Shown piece by piece: positions 9,125 through 19,984 of a stretch of DNA of 63,145 nt. The stretch lies in assembly GCA_027493375.1 (NCBI GenBank), contig JAPVWO010000243.1, positions 1 to 63,145 of the forward strand, given 5' to 3'. Source of the stretch: Candidatus Multivorans thiocomprendens. GTDB taxonomy: Bacteria > Acidobacteriota > Thermoanaerobaculia > Multivoradales > Multivoraceae. The position numbers and the translations under genes are program-made. The notes beneath the pieces were generated by a model. It made no database searches, was not told where the DNA came from, and worked only from the letters and a program-made list of their open reading frames with translations. The first letter of the stretch is position 1. Every line of letters starts with the position of its first letter.

Positions 9125-9988
9125 TTGAGCATTGCCACCGTCGGCCTGCTCCATCCAGGAGCGATGGGCGTCACCGTCGGCGCGGCGGTGCGCGAGTCCC
9201 TCCGGGTCGTGTGGGCGTCCGGGGGCCGGAGCCGGGAGACCCGCGCTCGTGCCGCAGGCGCCGGTTTCGAGGATCTGGGCACGCTTGAAGCCGTGACCGC
9301 GGCGGCCGACGCCGTGCTCTCCGTCTGCCCTCCCCACGGCGCCCTGGCACTGGCCGAGGCGGTCGCCGCGACCGGATTCGACGGCCTCTATCTCGATGCG
9401 AACGCGGTGTCGCCGGCCACGGCGATCAGGATTGCGGAAGCCGCGGCGGCGGGCGGAGCGCGCTTCGTGGACGGCGGCATCGTCGGGCCGCCGGCGGTCC
9501 GGCCGGGGACCACGCGGCTCTATCTCTCAGGAGACGTCGCGCCGGAACTGGCGGCTCTGTTCGAGGACTCGGCCCTCGAGGCGATCGATCTCGACGCGGA
9601 TGCCGGCGCCGCCTCGGCGCTCAAGATGTGCTACGCCGGCTTCACCAAGGGCAGCGCGGCGCTACTGCTTTCGCTGCGGGCCGCCGCCAGCGCCTACGGA
9701 GTGGAGCAAGGCCTGCTCGCGGAGTGGAGCCGCTCCCAGCCGGGACTGGAGAAGCGAAGCAAGCGCGCAGCGGCCACGGCGGCTCCGAAGGCCTGGCGTT
9801 TCGCCGGCGAGATGGAGGAGATCGCCTCGACCCTGGAGGCGGCGGGGCTGCCGGACGGATTCCACCGGGCCGCGGCGGAGGCCTACGTGCGGCTCGCCGG
9901 CTTCCGCGGCGAGCCGGAGGGCGTGGCCGTGGACGAGGTGATCGGGGCCTTGCTGGATGGTGACCGCCTGGATGGCCAGGGAGTTTAG
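9125..9988 (+). CDS. NAD(P)-dependent oxidoreductase (6-phosphogluconate/3-hydroxyisobutyrate dehydrogenase-like NAD-binding fold)
   Basis: ORF track (TTG start). N-terminal Rossmann-type VGLLHPGAMG and a C-terminal helical domain (ALKMCYAGFTKGSAALL). Confidence 0.65.
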   Translation: MSIATVGLLHPGAMGVTVGAAVRESLRVVWASGGRSRETRARAAGAGFEDLGTLEAVTAAADAVLSVCPPHGALALAEAVAATGFDGLYLDANAVSPATAIRIAEAAAAGGARFVDGGIVGPPAVRPGTTRLYLSGDVAPELAALFEDSALEAIDLDADAGAASALKMCYAGFTKGSAALLLSLRAAASAYGVEQGLLAEWSRSQPGLEKRSKRAAATAAPKAWRFAGEMEEIASTLEAAGLPDGFHRAAAEAYVRLAGFRGEPEGVAVDEVIGALLDGDRLDGQGV

Positions 9989-11058
9989 GCGCGTCCGTCG
10001 CGCACCTGCGACCGGAACCGAGACGGAGTAGAGCCGAATCGCCTCTGGAACAGCCTTCGGAACGTACGTTCTGAGCCGAAGCCGACGGCCTCGGCTACTC
10101 GAGCGATCGGTTCGTTGTGCTCGCGGAGGAGGAGGACCGCTCGTTCTAGGCGGCGCGCGACCAGCCAATCGTGGAATGACTGGCCAGTGGCTTCGCGAAA
10201 GAACCTGCCGAACCCCCCGTCGCTCATGGCTGCGACGGGTGCCAGCGCGCGCAGGTCCAGATGATCTTCCAGGTGTTGGTCAACGTGCTCGCGAACTCTC
10301 CTCAGCCTGGCGTAGTAGTCGAACGGGTCGTTGCCGGCCTTGGGAGGGACTGCTGTTTCCCCTTTCGCTTCTTGAGGCGGCTCCCCAATCTCCGCGAAGG
10401 CGAAGCCGTAACGCTCGATCCTGCTTCCGGAGACCGCCGAAACTTGCGACGACCATCCGGGTGCCCACTCGACGAAGGTGTGAAACTCGCCGTACTCGCC
10501 GCAGGGATCGACATCATCGGGCAGGGCCGCCACGAAGTTCTCGTCGAAACGGCAACCTGAATGGCGGGCCGGCACTCGGTCTGTCTCCACTGAGCAGACG
10601 AGGGCCTTCAGGCCGGCGCCCAGGATCTCCGCAACGTGCTCTGCCGGGTCGCGGCCCCAGAGAGGGAACAGAGGACGGAGTCCGATTCGCTCCAGGAGCT
10701 CTGAACGACGTCGCCTTGCCCGGACCGAGAAGATCTCGCTGAACGCCACGAATTCCGTACCGTCGGTTGAGCACACGCCTAGGAGCGCCTCCTGAATGGC
10801 GCTGTCGTGTTCGGTGAGGGAAGCAGCCCAGTCGAACTGGACAAACCGGACTGGCAGACCGGCCGCGGCTGCCTGTGCCTCGATCATGCGGCGACGCACT
10901 CCATGCATGGCTACCCGGCCGTTTCTCCGATTGATGAGCACGACCAGGCCGCGTACGTCCCACGTCGGGTCGCGGCGCAGCGTGTGCAGCGCCCATGATG
11001 AGTCCTTCCCGCCGCTCCACCAGAGCCACACAGGTTGGTCGCGTGAGGGAGATGACAT
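9985..11058 (-). CDS. fusion protein: PP-loop ATP pyrophosphatase (Dph6/MJ0570-like) N-domain + AraC-type HTH C-domain
   Basis: ORF track. SGGKDS PP-loop (WWSGGKDSSW), FPLWG and GEYGEFHTFV motifs of the diphthamide-synthase-2-like family. The C-terminal ~100 aa match the AraC HTH pattern (IARVAEAVGFGSERTFRRLFQRRFGSTPSRFR). Confidence 0.8.
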   Translation of the reverse strand: MSSPSRDQPVWLWWSGGKDSSWALHTLRRDPTWDVRGLVVLINRRNGRVAMHGVRRRMIEAQAAAAGLPVRFVQFDWAASLTEHDSAIQEALLGVCSTDGTEFVAFSEIFSVRARRRRSELLERIGLRPLFPLWGRDPAEHVAEILGAGLKALVCSVETDRVPARHSGCRFDENFVAALPDDVDPCGEYGEFHTFVEWAPGWSSQVSAVSGSRIERYGFAFAEIGEPPQEAKGETAVPPKAGNDPFDYYARLRRVREHVDQHLEDHLDLRALAPVAAMSDGGFGRFFREATGQSFHDWLVARRLERAVLLLREHNEPIARVAEAVGFGSERTFRRLFQRRFGSTPSRFRSQVRDGRA

Positions 11059-11324
11059 GGGAGGGAGGAGGTCGTCTTCCAGACCGACAGTTAGCCCGGC
11101 GGACGATACCAGCGTCGGGCACCGGAGCGCCTAGTGAGACTGGCGGCGATCACCAGATCTGGCTTGGAGGGGCTCCAGTTCGCTGTTGTCCGATTCGAGT
11201 CGTTTCTTGTCCGGTCTTCGGTTCGCCCGTGCATGTCCATGCGCGCGGGGGGCTCGCTATCGTTATCGCCGTAACCGAGCTTGCGGGCTTGACGAGTTGC
11301 AACAACCTGACCAGAGGAGGTCCT

Positions 11325-11615
11325 ATGCGAGTGTTCTTCAACAGGTCCACGCCGATGCGTGGCGTGGTTCCGTCCCTGCTGTTCTTCGGGATCCTGACGC
11401 CCGCTCAGTTCGCCGTTGCCGCTAACTGCAACTACGAATGCAACGAGAACGGGTGCTCGGCGGCGGGTACGTACACGGGCCAGGGTGGCTGTATGACGAC
11501 TTCCACAAGGGAATGCGAGGAGGACCCGACAAGCCCGGTCGTCAAATGCAAGACGATTGTCACCTGCGAGACCATCACCGGTCCTTGCGGGGACTTCGGG
11601 CCGCCCGAACTGTGA
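11325..11615 (+). CDS. secreted cysteine-rich small protein (96 aa precursor, 8 Cys)
   Basis: Internal ATG of ORF 10995..11615, preceded by a strong SD GAGGAGG (11314-11320). Signal peptide ends ...AQFAVA|A. Cys at residues 35, 39, 44, 56, 64, 75, 81 and 88. Confidence 0.65.
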   Translation: MRVFFNRSTPMRGVVPSLLFFGILTPAQFAVAANCNYECNENGCSAAGTYTGQGGCMTTSTRECEEDPTSPVVKCKTIVTCETITGPCGDFGPPEL

Positions 11616-13837
11616 GAACCGCGGCCCTATCCGTGTCGTGCCTGATGCTCTCTTCGCTAGCTCCTCTCGCCATGGGGCAGATGAAGTTGGAGCTGAAGGT
11701 CGTTGATCACCGGGAGTTGGCCGACGTACGGTCAGCGACGTTCGAGGCACTCGACCCGATCACCCGCGAGGGAATCGCCTCCTGGCATCTCGCCAAGGAC
11801 ATCGCCTTGGAGGGACTGCAAGTCGAGGTTCCCGCGTCTGAGGTGGGGGTAGTGGTTCGGGCGACCGCCGAAGGGGCTTGGTCGCCATCCGTGCATGTGC
11901 CGCCAGGGGCTGCGCTGGAACCACTCTTCCTGCTCCGAGAACGCAGGATCGTTCTACGGGTTCGCAGTTCTCACCGGGCATTGGAGCGTCTGGCCAACGA
12001 GAACCTCTATGTTCTCGGCCGCGTGTGGGCGCCGGGCAGGCGGCTGCCGCCCGGCGTCTATCGCGGTCCCTGCGACGGTCAATGGACGGAAGGTGAGAGA
12101 GAGTTCATCGTCACATGTCCGTTTGCTGGCGGTGAGACGGCGCGCGTCCGAGTCTGGCTCGGCCCCTTCCAAGCGTGGACGGCGACCGTGACAGACGGCT
12201 TTGAGGACCTGGCCTTCGAGTTGGACGAACCGAGAATCGGCGCAACGGTAACAGGGCGACTAGCCTCCTCTCCGGCTGCGGTACTCCTCGCCGCAGATGA
12301 CGGGCGCATTCCGTTGGCCACGTGGACTGACTTGACAGGTTCGTTCACGCTCGAAGGCCTGTCCCCCGGACGCTTTTCGTTGAGGCTGGTCAACTCGCCG
12401 CTGGACCGTTGGCCGGTCCACATACGGTCTCTTGAGGATTGGGTCGACCTGGGCAACCTTCAGAGTGCGGCGTCGAACCGCCTGACGGTCGAGCTTAGGG
12501 GTGCCCATGGAGCCTCGCTGACGGGGCTCGCCGTGGCCGCTACACCGGTAGAGCTGAACATCCAGAGTCAGGTCGTCAACTACGGCTCCTCTATCCGAGG
12601 AGCGTCACGGGAAGGTGGTCTCTTCACATGGGAGGGGCTTCCGCGCGGTCACTACGAACTTGACGTGACGAGCCAACAGGGGGACCGGTATCGCCAGGAA
12701 CGGATCGAGTTCCTGGGCATGGACTACACCGTTCTGGATCTTGAGTTGCTACCGGTAGAGGGAATCCTGCGTCGCGATGGCGACCCGGTGGAGGGCGCCA
12801 TGCTGTGGTTCGGTGGCATGCGGGGTGTCCAGCGGGTTGCAATGCGGAGTCAGGAGGGCGGCGTCTTTCAAGGATTCTTGCCGCAGGAACGCGACTGGTT
12901 CCTGGAGCTCACCGCTGCGCCCCTGTGCGATCCCTGCGAGGGGTCCTGGGAACAGGGTTGGCAGGGGCTCGACTCGGAGACTGTCGAGCGCGTTGGATTC
13001 ATCGAGGCCAGGGCGGACGAAGACGGTGTTGCCCGCATGGAGATCGATCTGCCCGCAGGTCGTGTGATCGGTCGCGTTGTCGCCGTCGAGGAGGATGGAC
13101 TCCGTGGAGTCGACGGCGTTCGGGTCACGATTGAGCGTGCAGAGAGGACCTTCCCGCAGGGAGCCGTCGGCATAGGCCCCTGGCAGACGCGATCCGAGGA
13201 GTCCGGCACTTTCGCTGTCGAGGGGTTGCCTGCCGGCAGCTACACGGCCGTCGCCGAAGTGAGCGGCACGAGGGAACGCAGGCGCGCGTCCGGCGATGTC
13301 GAGTTCCGCGTCGACACCGATCTTGCTCCCCCTGCCTTGGAGTTGCGATTGCGAGAGCAGCAGGCGATCAGGGTGGCAGTCAGATCCGGCGGTGCGCCGG
13401 TAAGCGGGGCGGCTGTGTGGATCCGATCCGGGTCGGCCGTTGATGGGAGGTCCCCTATGTCTTCGGACGGACAGGGTGTGTTCTGGCTTCCGCCGCCCGT
13501 TTCGACGGTGGATATCTTCGTTTGGGCAGACGAGTTCGGCGCGACAGGTGTGCGACGCAACGTGACACCCGGCGGTGTGATCGCCGTGGAACTGGGCCGC
13601 AGCAGGGGTGGTCTCCGGTTAGTGAAGCGGTCGGGTGGCCGCCTCGTCACTGAGTCGGGAGCAGGAATCGAATTGGACCGTCTCAGGGGTCTCGCCAGCC
13701 GTGCTGTCGTGGACGACGGAGACGAGATTGTCCTCCGGGGTCTGGCTCCCGGAACGTATCTGTGGTGCCCGTCGACGCATCAAGAGTGTAGCCCGGCCAG
13801 CGTCTTACCGTGGGCCGAGAGTCAAGTAGAACAATAG
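11612..13837 (+). CDS. secreted protein with repeated carboxypeptidase-regulatory-like (CarboxypepD_reg) beta-sandwich domains
   Basis: In-frame GTG at 11612 of ORF 11438..13837 overlaps the upstream TGA (GTGA). Signal-like RTAALSVSCLMLSSLAPLAMG. Recurring G-x-F-x-x-E/GL-x-P/AG-x-Y motifs (GSFTLEGLSPGRFSL, GLFTWEGLPRGHYEL, GTFAVEGLPAGSYTA). Confidence 0.65.
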   Translation: MRTAALSVSCLMLSSLAPLAMGQMKLELKVVDHRELADVRSATFEALDPITREGIASWHLAKDIALEGLQVEVPASEVGVVVRATAEGAWSPSVHVPPGAALEPLFLLRERRIVLRVRSSHRALERLANENLYVLGRVWAPGRRLPPGVYRGPCDGQWTEGEREFIVTCPFAGGETARVRVWLGPFQAWTATVTDGFEDLAFELDEPRIGATVTGRLASSPAAVLLAADDGRIPLATWTDLTGSFTLEGLSPGRFSLRLVNSPLDRWPVHIRSLEDWVDLGNLQSAASNRLTVELRGAHGASLTGLAVAATPVELNIQSQVVNYGSSIRGASREGGLFTWEGLPRGHYELDVTSQQGDRYRQERIEFLGMDYTVLDLELLPVEGILRRDGDPVEGAMLWFGGMRGVQRVAMRSQEGGVFQGFLPQERDWFLELTAAPLCDPCEGSWEQGWQGLDSETVERVGFIEARADEDGVARMEIDLPAGRVIGRVVAVEEDGLRGVDGVRVTIERAERTFPQGAVGIGPWQTRSEESGTFAVEGLPAGSYTAVAEVSGTRERRRASGDVEFRVDTDLAPPALELRLREQQAIRVAVRSGGAPVSGAAVWIRSGSAVDGRSPMSSDGQGVFWLPPPVSTVDIFVWADEFGATGVRRNVTPGGVIAVELGRSRGGLRLVKRSGGRLVTESGAGIELDRLRGLASRAVVDDGDEIVLRGLAPGTYLWCPSTHQECSPASVLPWAESQVEQ

Positions 13838-13847
13838 GAGATTGGAG

Positions 13848-14291
13848 ATGGGAAGACCCGTGATGCGCCTTATGCTGGTTCTCGGTCTGTGTCTTGGCGC
13901 CGTGCAGGCTGTCGGGGCATCCGAGAAGCCAGGTTACCTGGGAATCGGATTCGAGGTCGATTCGAGTTCGGGGCTGCTTGCCGTTGCGCACGTCGTACCG
14001 GGCAGCCCCGCTGAAGTCGCCGGTATCAGACGGTCTGATGTCCTCACGGCCATCGCGGGCGCCGAAGTGAGATTCGCCTCACATCGCGAGGCGCTGGAGA
14101 GCGTAGGACGCAAGGTCAAAGAAGGGGTTCCGATCGAGCTCGGCTTCCGACGCGAAGGACGGAACCGTTCCGTGGTTGTGGTGCCTGCGGGTTCGCCGCC
14201 AGGTTTGGCAGCGAGAAACGAAGCGGCGCTGCGCTGTGCCGACTCTGCTTTGAGGGTTGGCCGCATCGCTCGACGGGGTCCACCGCAGTGA
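13848..14291 (+). CDS. secreted PDZ-domain protein
   Basis: ATG at 13848 with AGGAG at 13837-13841 (the ORF track opens at TTG 13842). Signal peptide RLMLVLGLCLGAVQAVGA. PDZ carboxylate-binding-loop context GYLGIGF plus VVPGSPAEVAGIRRSDVLTAIAG. Confidence 0.75.
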   Translation: MGRPVMRLMLVLGLCLGAVQAVGASEKPGYLGIGFEVDSSSGLLAVAHVVPGSPAEVAGIRRSDVLTAIAGAEVRFASHREALESVGRKVKEGVPIELGFRREGRNRSVVVVPAGSPPGLAARNEAALRCADSALRVGRIARRGPPQ

Positions 14292-14342
14292 CTGTTCGGC
14301 ACCTCCGCAATCCCTTGCTCCTTAGGAGTTCCTGGACAAAGA

Positions 14343-14364
14343 GGGCGGCCCCGGAGGGCCGCCC
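14343..14364. terminator. bidirectional stem-loop between convergent PDZ gene and groEL
   Basis: GGGCGGCCC-CGGA-GGGCCGCCC: a perfect 9-bp stem with a 4-nt loop. On the minus strand it is followed by TCTTTGTCC. Confidence 0.55.
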
Positions 14365-14403
14365 TGATTCGTTCGGCAGGCTGTCGACCTGGAGGTCGAT
14401 CGC

Positions 14404-16351
<1,948 letters not shown>

Positions 16352-16416
16352 CAGCGATCTCCTCCTCTTGGGTTGGTGTCGGTGGATGTGGTCTGTGTGG
16401 CCGGGCGAAGCGCCTG

Positions 16417-16443
16417 TTAGCACTCGCTCCGGGCGAGTGCTAA
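16417..16443 (-). promoter_or_regulatory. CIRCE operator (HrcA binding site)
   Basis: TTAGCACTC-N9-GAGTGCTAA, an exact match to the CIRCE consensus, upstream of groES. Confidence 0.9.
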
Positions 16444-16472
16444 CAATAGAAACATGGAGGCCCGAATGTCAA
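16443..16472 (-). promoter_or_regulatory. putative sigma-70-type groESL promoter
   Basis: On the minus strand: TTGACA (16472-16467), 18-nt spacer, TATTGT (16448-16443), abutting CIRCE. Confidence 0.5.
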
Positions 16473-16579
16473 CCGTCCAGGACACTTCGCTGCGCGGCCG
16501 GCCCGGGCCGCAGGCGGTAGAGTCTGCCGGTCCCGCTGACACGGTCTCCGGTGCAGGGGACCGGAAAGGAGACTCGCCT

Positions 16580-18430
16580 GTGATCTGGCCTCAACGAAGC
16601 AGTGCCCCTCGGGAAGGAAGAAGGGGCGGCGCCGCGGCGATGTGGATCGCTCTGCTCGCCCTGTTGGCGGCGGCGTTCGCCTGGCCGGCCGGCGGCGCGG
16701 CCCAGAGCGCGCCGACCGCGGCCGCCGTGCCGGTCGAGGAGTTCGAACTCGACAACGGCATGCGCTTCCTGCTCGTGAGCCGCCCGGAACTGACGACGGT
16801 GGCGGCGGCCTGGGTGGCTCACGTCGGTTCCGCCAACGAACGGCCGGGGATCACCGGCCTCGCCCACTTCTTCGAGCACATGATGTTCAAGGGCACGCAC
16901 ACGATCGGCACGAAGGACATCGAACGCGACCTCGAGGTCGTCGCGGAGCAGGAGGCGGTCCAGGAGAAGATCCGCGCCGAACTGCGGGAGCAACGCCGCC
17001 GCTACCGGCTGGGCGAGATCGACGATCCGTACGATCCCGCCCACCGCACCGACACCCTGAACGCGCTCCGCGCGGAGTTCCAGCAGCTCGTGGAGGAGCA
17101 GCGGGAGCTCATGGTCAAGGACGAGCTGGACAAGGTCTACACGGACGGCGGCGGAACGAGCCTGAACGCCTTCACCAGCAACGACTTCACGGTCTACATC
17201 AACCAGTTGCCGGCGAACCGGATGGAGCTCTGGTTCTGGCTCGAGTCGGATCGCCTGCTGAATCCGGTGTTCCGCGAGTTCTACGCCGAACGCGACGTCG
17301 TGTACGAAGAGAGGCGCCTGCGCACGGAGTCGACGCCGACCGGCCGCTACGACGAGCAGGCGGACGCCATGTTCTGGCAGTCCCACCCGTACAGTTGGCC
17401 GGTCATCGGCTGGGCTTCGGACCTGGAGGTGATCAGCAAGTCCCAGGCCGACGAGTTCTTCGCCACCTACTACGCGCCAAACAACCTGAGCGCCGTGCTG
17501 GTCGGCAACTTCGATTCGGCCGAAGTGCGGGAACTGGCGGAGCGCTACTTCGGCCGGCTCCCGCGGGCCGAGCGGCCTGCGCCGGACGTCGTCACTCTCG
17601 AGGCCGAGCAACTGGCCGAGAAGCGGATGACGGGCGAGTGCGACTGCCAGCCCCAGCTCCAGGTGCGCTACCACGCGGTGCCGTTCGGCCACGGCGACGG
17701 CTACGCGCTCGACGTCGTCGCGGGTGTCTTGAACGGCCGCACCGGGCGTCTCTACGAGCAGATCGTGGAGGGCGCCGAGATCGCGTCCAGCGCCAGCGCC
17801 TTCTACGAGGCGAGGAAGTACGCCGGCGTCTTCAACCTGCGCGCGGAGACGAAGGGCGACGCGACGCCCGAGCAGCTCCTTGCCGCCTGGGACGGGATCG
17901 TCGCCGAACTGATCGCCGAGCCGGTGCCGGACGACGAACTGGCCAAGGTGAAGAACCGGGTGTCGGCCGACACCTACCGGCAACTCCGGGATCCGTTCTT
18001 CCTGATGATCCAGTTGGCGGTCATGGACGCGCTCGGCGACTGGCGCTACCTGAACACGGTCGCGGAGCGGACCAACGAAGTCACCGCGGAGGACGTGCAG
18101 CGCGTGGCGGCGAAGTACTTCGAGCCTTCGAAGCGTCTGGTGAGCCTGTACTACCGCAAGGAGGGAACCGAAGCGACGGAGACCCCGTCCGAACTCGAGG
18201 CCCTGCCGCCGGAGATGCGGACGGCTCTCATGTCCCAGGCCGAGGCCATCGCGCAGATCGAGGATCCGGCCCAACTGGAGATGGTCCTGCAGCAGATGGA
18301 GGCCCAGTCGGCCCAGGTGCCGGAAGAGATGCGTCCCGCGCTCGACTGGATGCGCGGCGTGATCGAGGAGCGGCTGGCCGAACTGCAGGCTGAACTTGGG
18401 GAAGAAGATGGCGAAGGAGGTGAACAGTGA
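16580..18430 (+). CDS. M16 family zinc peptidase (pitrilysin-like, active subunit)
   Basis: HxxEH motif in LAHFFEHMMFKGT. I place the start at GTG 16580 with AGGAG at 16567-16571. The ORF track opens at 16454, and the ATG at 16640 is also possible. Signal-like MWIALLALLAAAFAWPAGGAAQ. Confidence 0.85.
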   Translation: MIWPQRSSAPREGRRGGAAAMWIALLALLAAAFAWPAGGAAQSAPTAAAVPVEEFELDNGMRFLLVSRPELTTVAAAWVAHVGSANERPGITGLAHFFEHMMFKGTHTIGTKDIERDLEVVAEQEAVQEKIRAELREQRRRYRLGEIDDPYDPAHRTDTLNALRAEFQQLVEEQRELMVKDELDKVYTDGGGTSLNAFTSNDFTVYINQLPANRMELWFWLESDRLLNPVFREFYAERDVVYEERRLRTESTPTGRYDEQADAMFWQSHPYSWPVIGWASDLEVISKSQADEFFATYYAPNNLSAVLVGNFDSAEVRELAERYFGRLPRAERPAPDVVTLEAEQLAEKRMTGECDCQPQLQVRYHAVPFGHGDGYALDVVAGVLNGRTGRLYEQIVEGAEIASSASAFYEARKYAGVFNLRAETKGDATPEQLLAAWDGIVAELIAEPVPDDELAKVKNRVSADTYRQLRDPFFLMIQLAVMDALGDWRYLNTVAERTNEVTAEDVQRVAAKYFEPSKRLVSLYYRKEGTEATETPSELEALPPEMRTALMSQAEAIAQIEDPAQLEMVLQQMEAQSAQVPEEMRPALDWMRGVIEERLAELQAELGEEDGEGGEQ

Positions 18431-19950
18431 GCGGACGCGTTCTTGTGAGGCTTGCGATCCTCGTCGTTCCGTGCCTCGGACTGGCGTCGTCGGTCGGGGC
18501 CCAGGGCAACGCCGAGATCGTCGCGCACCCGAGTGCACTGACCTACGGTCCCCTGGACTTCGAGTTGCCGGACGCGGACGGTTTTCGCCGCGAGCTGGCG
18601 GGGGGCGTTCCCGCCTACCTGGTTCCGGACCGTTCGCTGCCGTTGGTCGACATCGCGGTGCGGTTTCGGATCGGTTCCTACCTGGAACCGGTCGAGCAGA
18701 CGGGGCTGGCTGCCCTGACCGGCGAGCTGATGCGGACGGGCGGCGCCGGCGAACTGGAGGCGAAGGCCTTCGACGAGGCGGTCGAGGCGGTTGCCGGCAA
18801 CTTCTCGGCGTTCATCGGCAGCACGAGCGCCGGGATGTCGATGAACTGCCTGACGACGGTGCTCGACGAGTGCCTCGACCTCTTCTTCTCGATGCTCACC
18901 GAACCCCGCTTCGACGGCGACCGGCTGGACCTGGCGAAGGAGAACGAGCTGGAGAGCCTCAAGCAGCGCAACGACGATCCGGTGGATGTCGCGGGACGGG
19001 AGGGCCAGTGGCTGCTCTACGGGCCGGACCACGTGGAATCGCGATTCGTCACCGCGGCGTCGCTGGAGACGGTCGGACGCGACGACCTGGTGGCGTTCCA
19101 CCGGCGCTACGTCCATCCCGGCCACATGGTCGTGGCGGCCGCCGGCGACTTCGACAGCGACGAACTCGCGGCCAAGCTCTCGGCGCTGCTCGACCGCTTC
19201 GGGGAAGAGGGCCGCGGACAGGCGCCGTGGCCGCCCCAGGCCGAGGCGTACGAGCCCGCGCCCGGCGTTTACGTGGCCCAGCAGGACATCCCGCAGGGGC
19301 GCGTGCAGATTGGCCACCGCACCTTCCAGCGCGAGGACTGGGGCCATCCCGACCACTTCGCGCTGTCGATGATGGACGGGGTGCTTGGCAACGGCGGCTT
19401 CACCACCCGGCTGATGAAGCGGATCCGCTCGGACGAGGGGTTGGCCTACGGGGCCTACTCCAACTTCGGCATCGGCAGCTACTGGCCCGGCAACCTTGGC
19501 ATCACCTTCCAGTCGAAGAGCGAGACGGTCGCCTTCGCGGCCAGCATCGCGCTCGAGGAGGTCGATCGGATGCGAACGGAACTCGTCCCCGAGGATGAAC
19601 TCCAGACGGTCAAGGCGGCCGCGATCGAGACCTTCCCGAGCAACTTCGAATCGGCCGAGGCCATCGCTTCCATCTTCGCCCAGGACGAGTTCCTGGGCCG
19701 CCCCCACGACTACTGGCGGACCTACCGCGAGAACGTCGAGGCGGTGACGCCGGAAGACGTCAAGCGCGTGGCGGAGCGGCACCTCCTGCCCGACAGGCTG
19801 GTCATGCTGATCGTCGGCGACTGGGAGGCGATCGAGCCGGGCGACGCCGACGGCCGCGCCACGATGGCCGAGGTGGCCGGAAAGATCGGCGGCGGCGTCA
19901 CCATGCTGCCCGAGCGGGATCCGGTGAGTCTGGAAACGGTGAGCCAGTGA
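18427..19950 (+). CDS. M16 family peptidase-like protein (no HxxEH seen; probable non-catalytic partner)
   Basis: The start overlaps the upstream stop (GTGA). Signal peptide and M16 fold-like sequence. I did not find the inverted zinc motif. Confidence 0.75.
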   Translation: MSGRVLVRLAILVVPCLGLASSVGAQGNAEIVAHPSALTYGPLDFELPDADGFRRELAGGVPAYLVPDRSLPLVDIAVRFRIGSYLEPVEQTGLAALTGELMRTGGAGELEAKAFDEAVEAVAGNFSAFIGSTSAGMSMNCLTTVLDECLDLFFSMLTEPRFDGDRLDLAKENELESLKQRNDDPVDVAGREGQWLLYGPDHVESRFVTAASLETVGRDDLVAFHRRYVHPGHMVVAAAGDFDSDELAAKLSALLDRFGEEGRGQAPWPPQAEAYEPAPGVYVAQQDIPQGRVQIGHRTFQREDWGHPDHFALSMMDGVLGNGGFTTRLMKRIRSDEGLAYGAYSNFGIGSYWPGNLGITFQSKSETVAFAASIALEEVDRMRTELVPEDELQTVKAAAIETFPSNFESAEAIASIFAQDEFLGRPHDYWRTYRENVEAVTPEDVKRVAERHLLPDRLVMLIVGDWEAIEPGDADGRATMAEVAGKIGGGVTMLPERDPVSLETVSQ

Positions 19951-19984
19951 AGCCCGGCGCAGCGGCCGTGACGGCCTGATCCCG

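Noticed and set aside
16580-19950. M16 peptidase pair as a PqqF/PqqG-like or RiPP leader protease system
   Set aside because: No pqqA-E, no radical-SAM or other RiPP maturase, and no adjacent small precursor ORF. Both Cys-rich peptides in the window carry ordinary Sec signals and lie several kb or more away. A generic periplasmic M16 heterodimer is the simpler reading.
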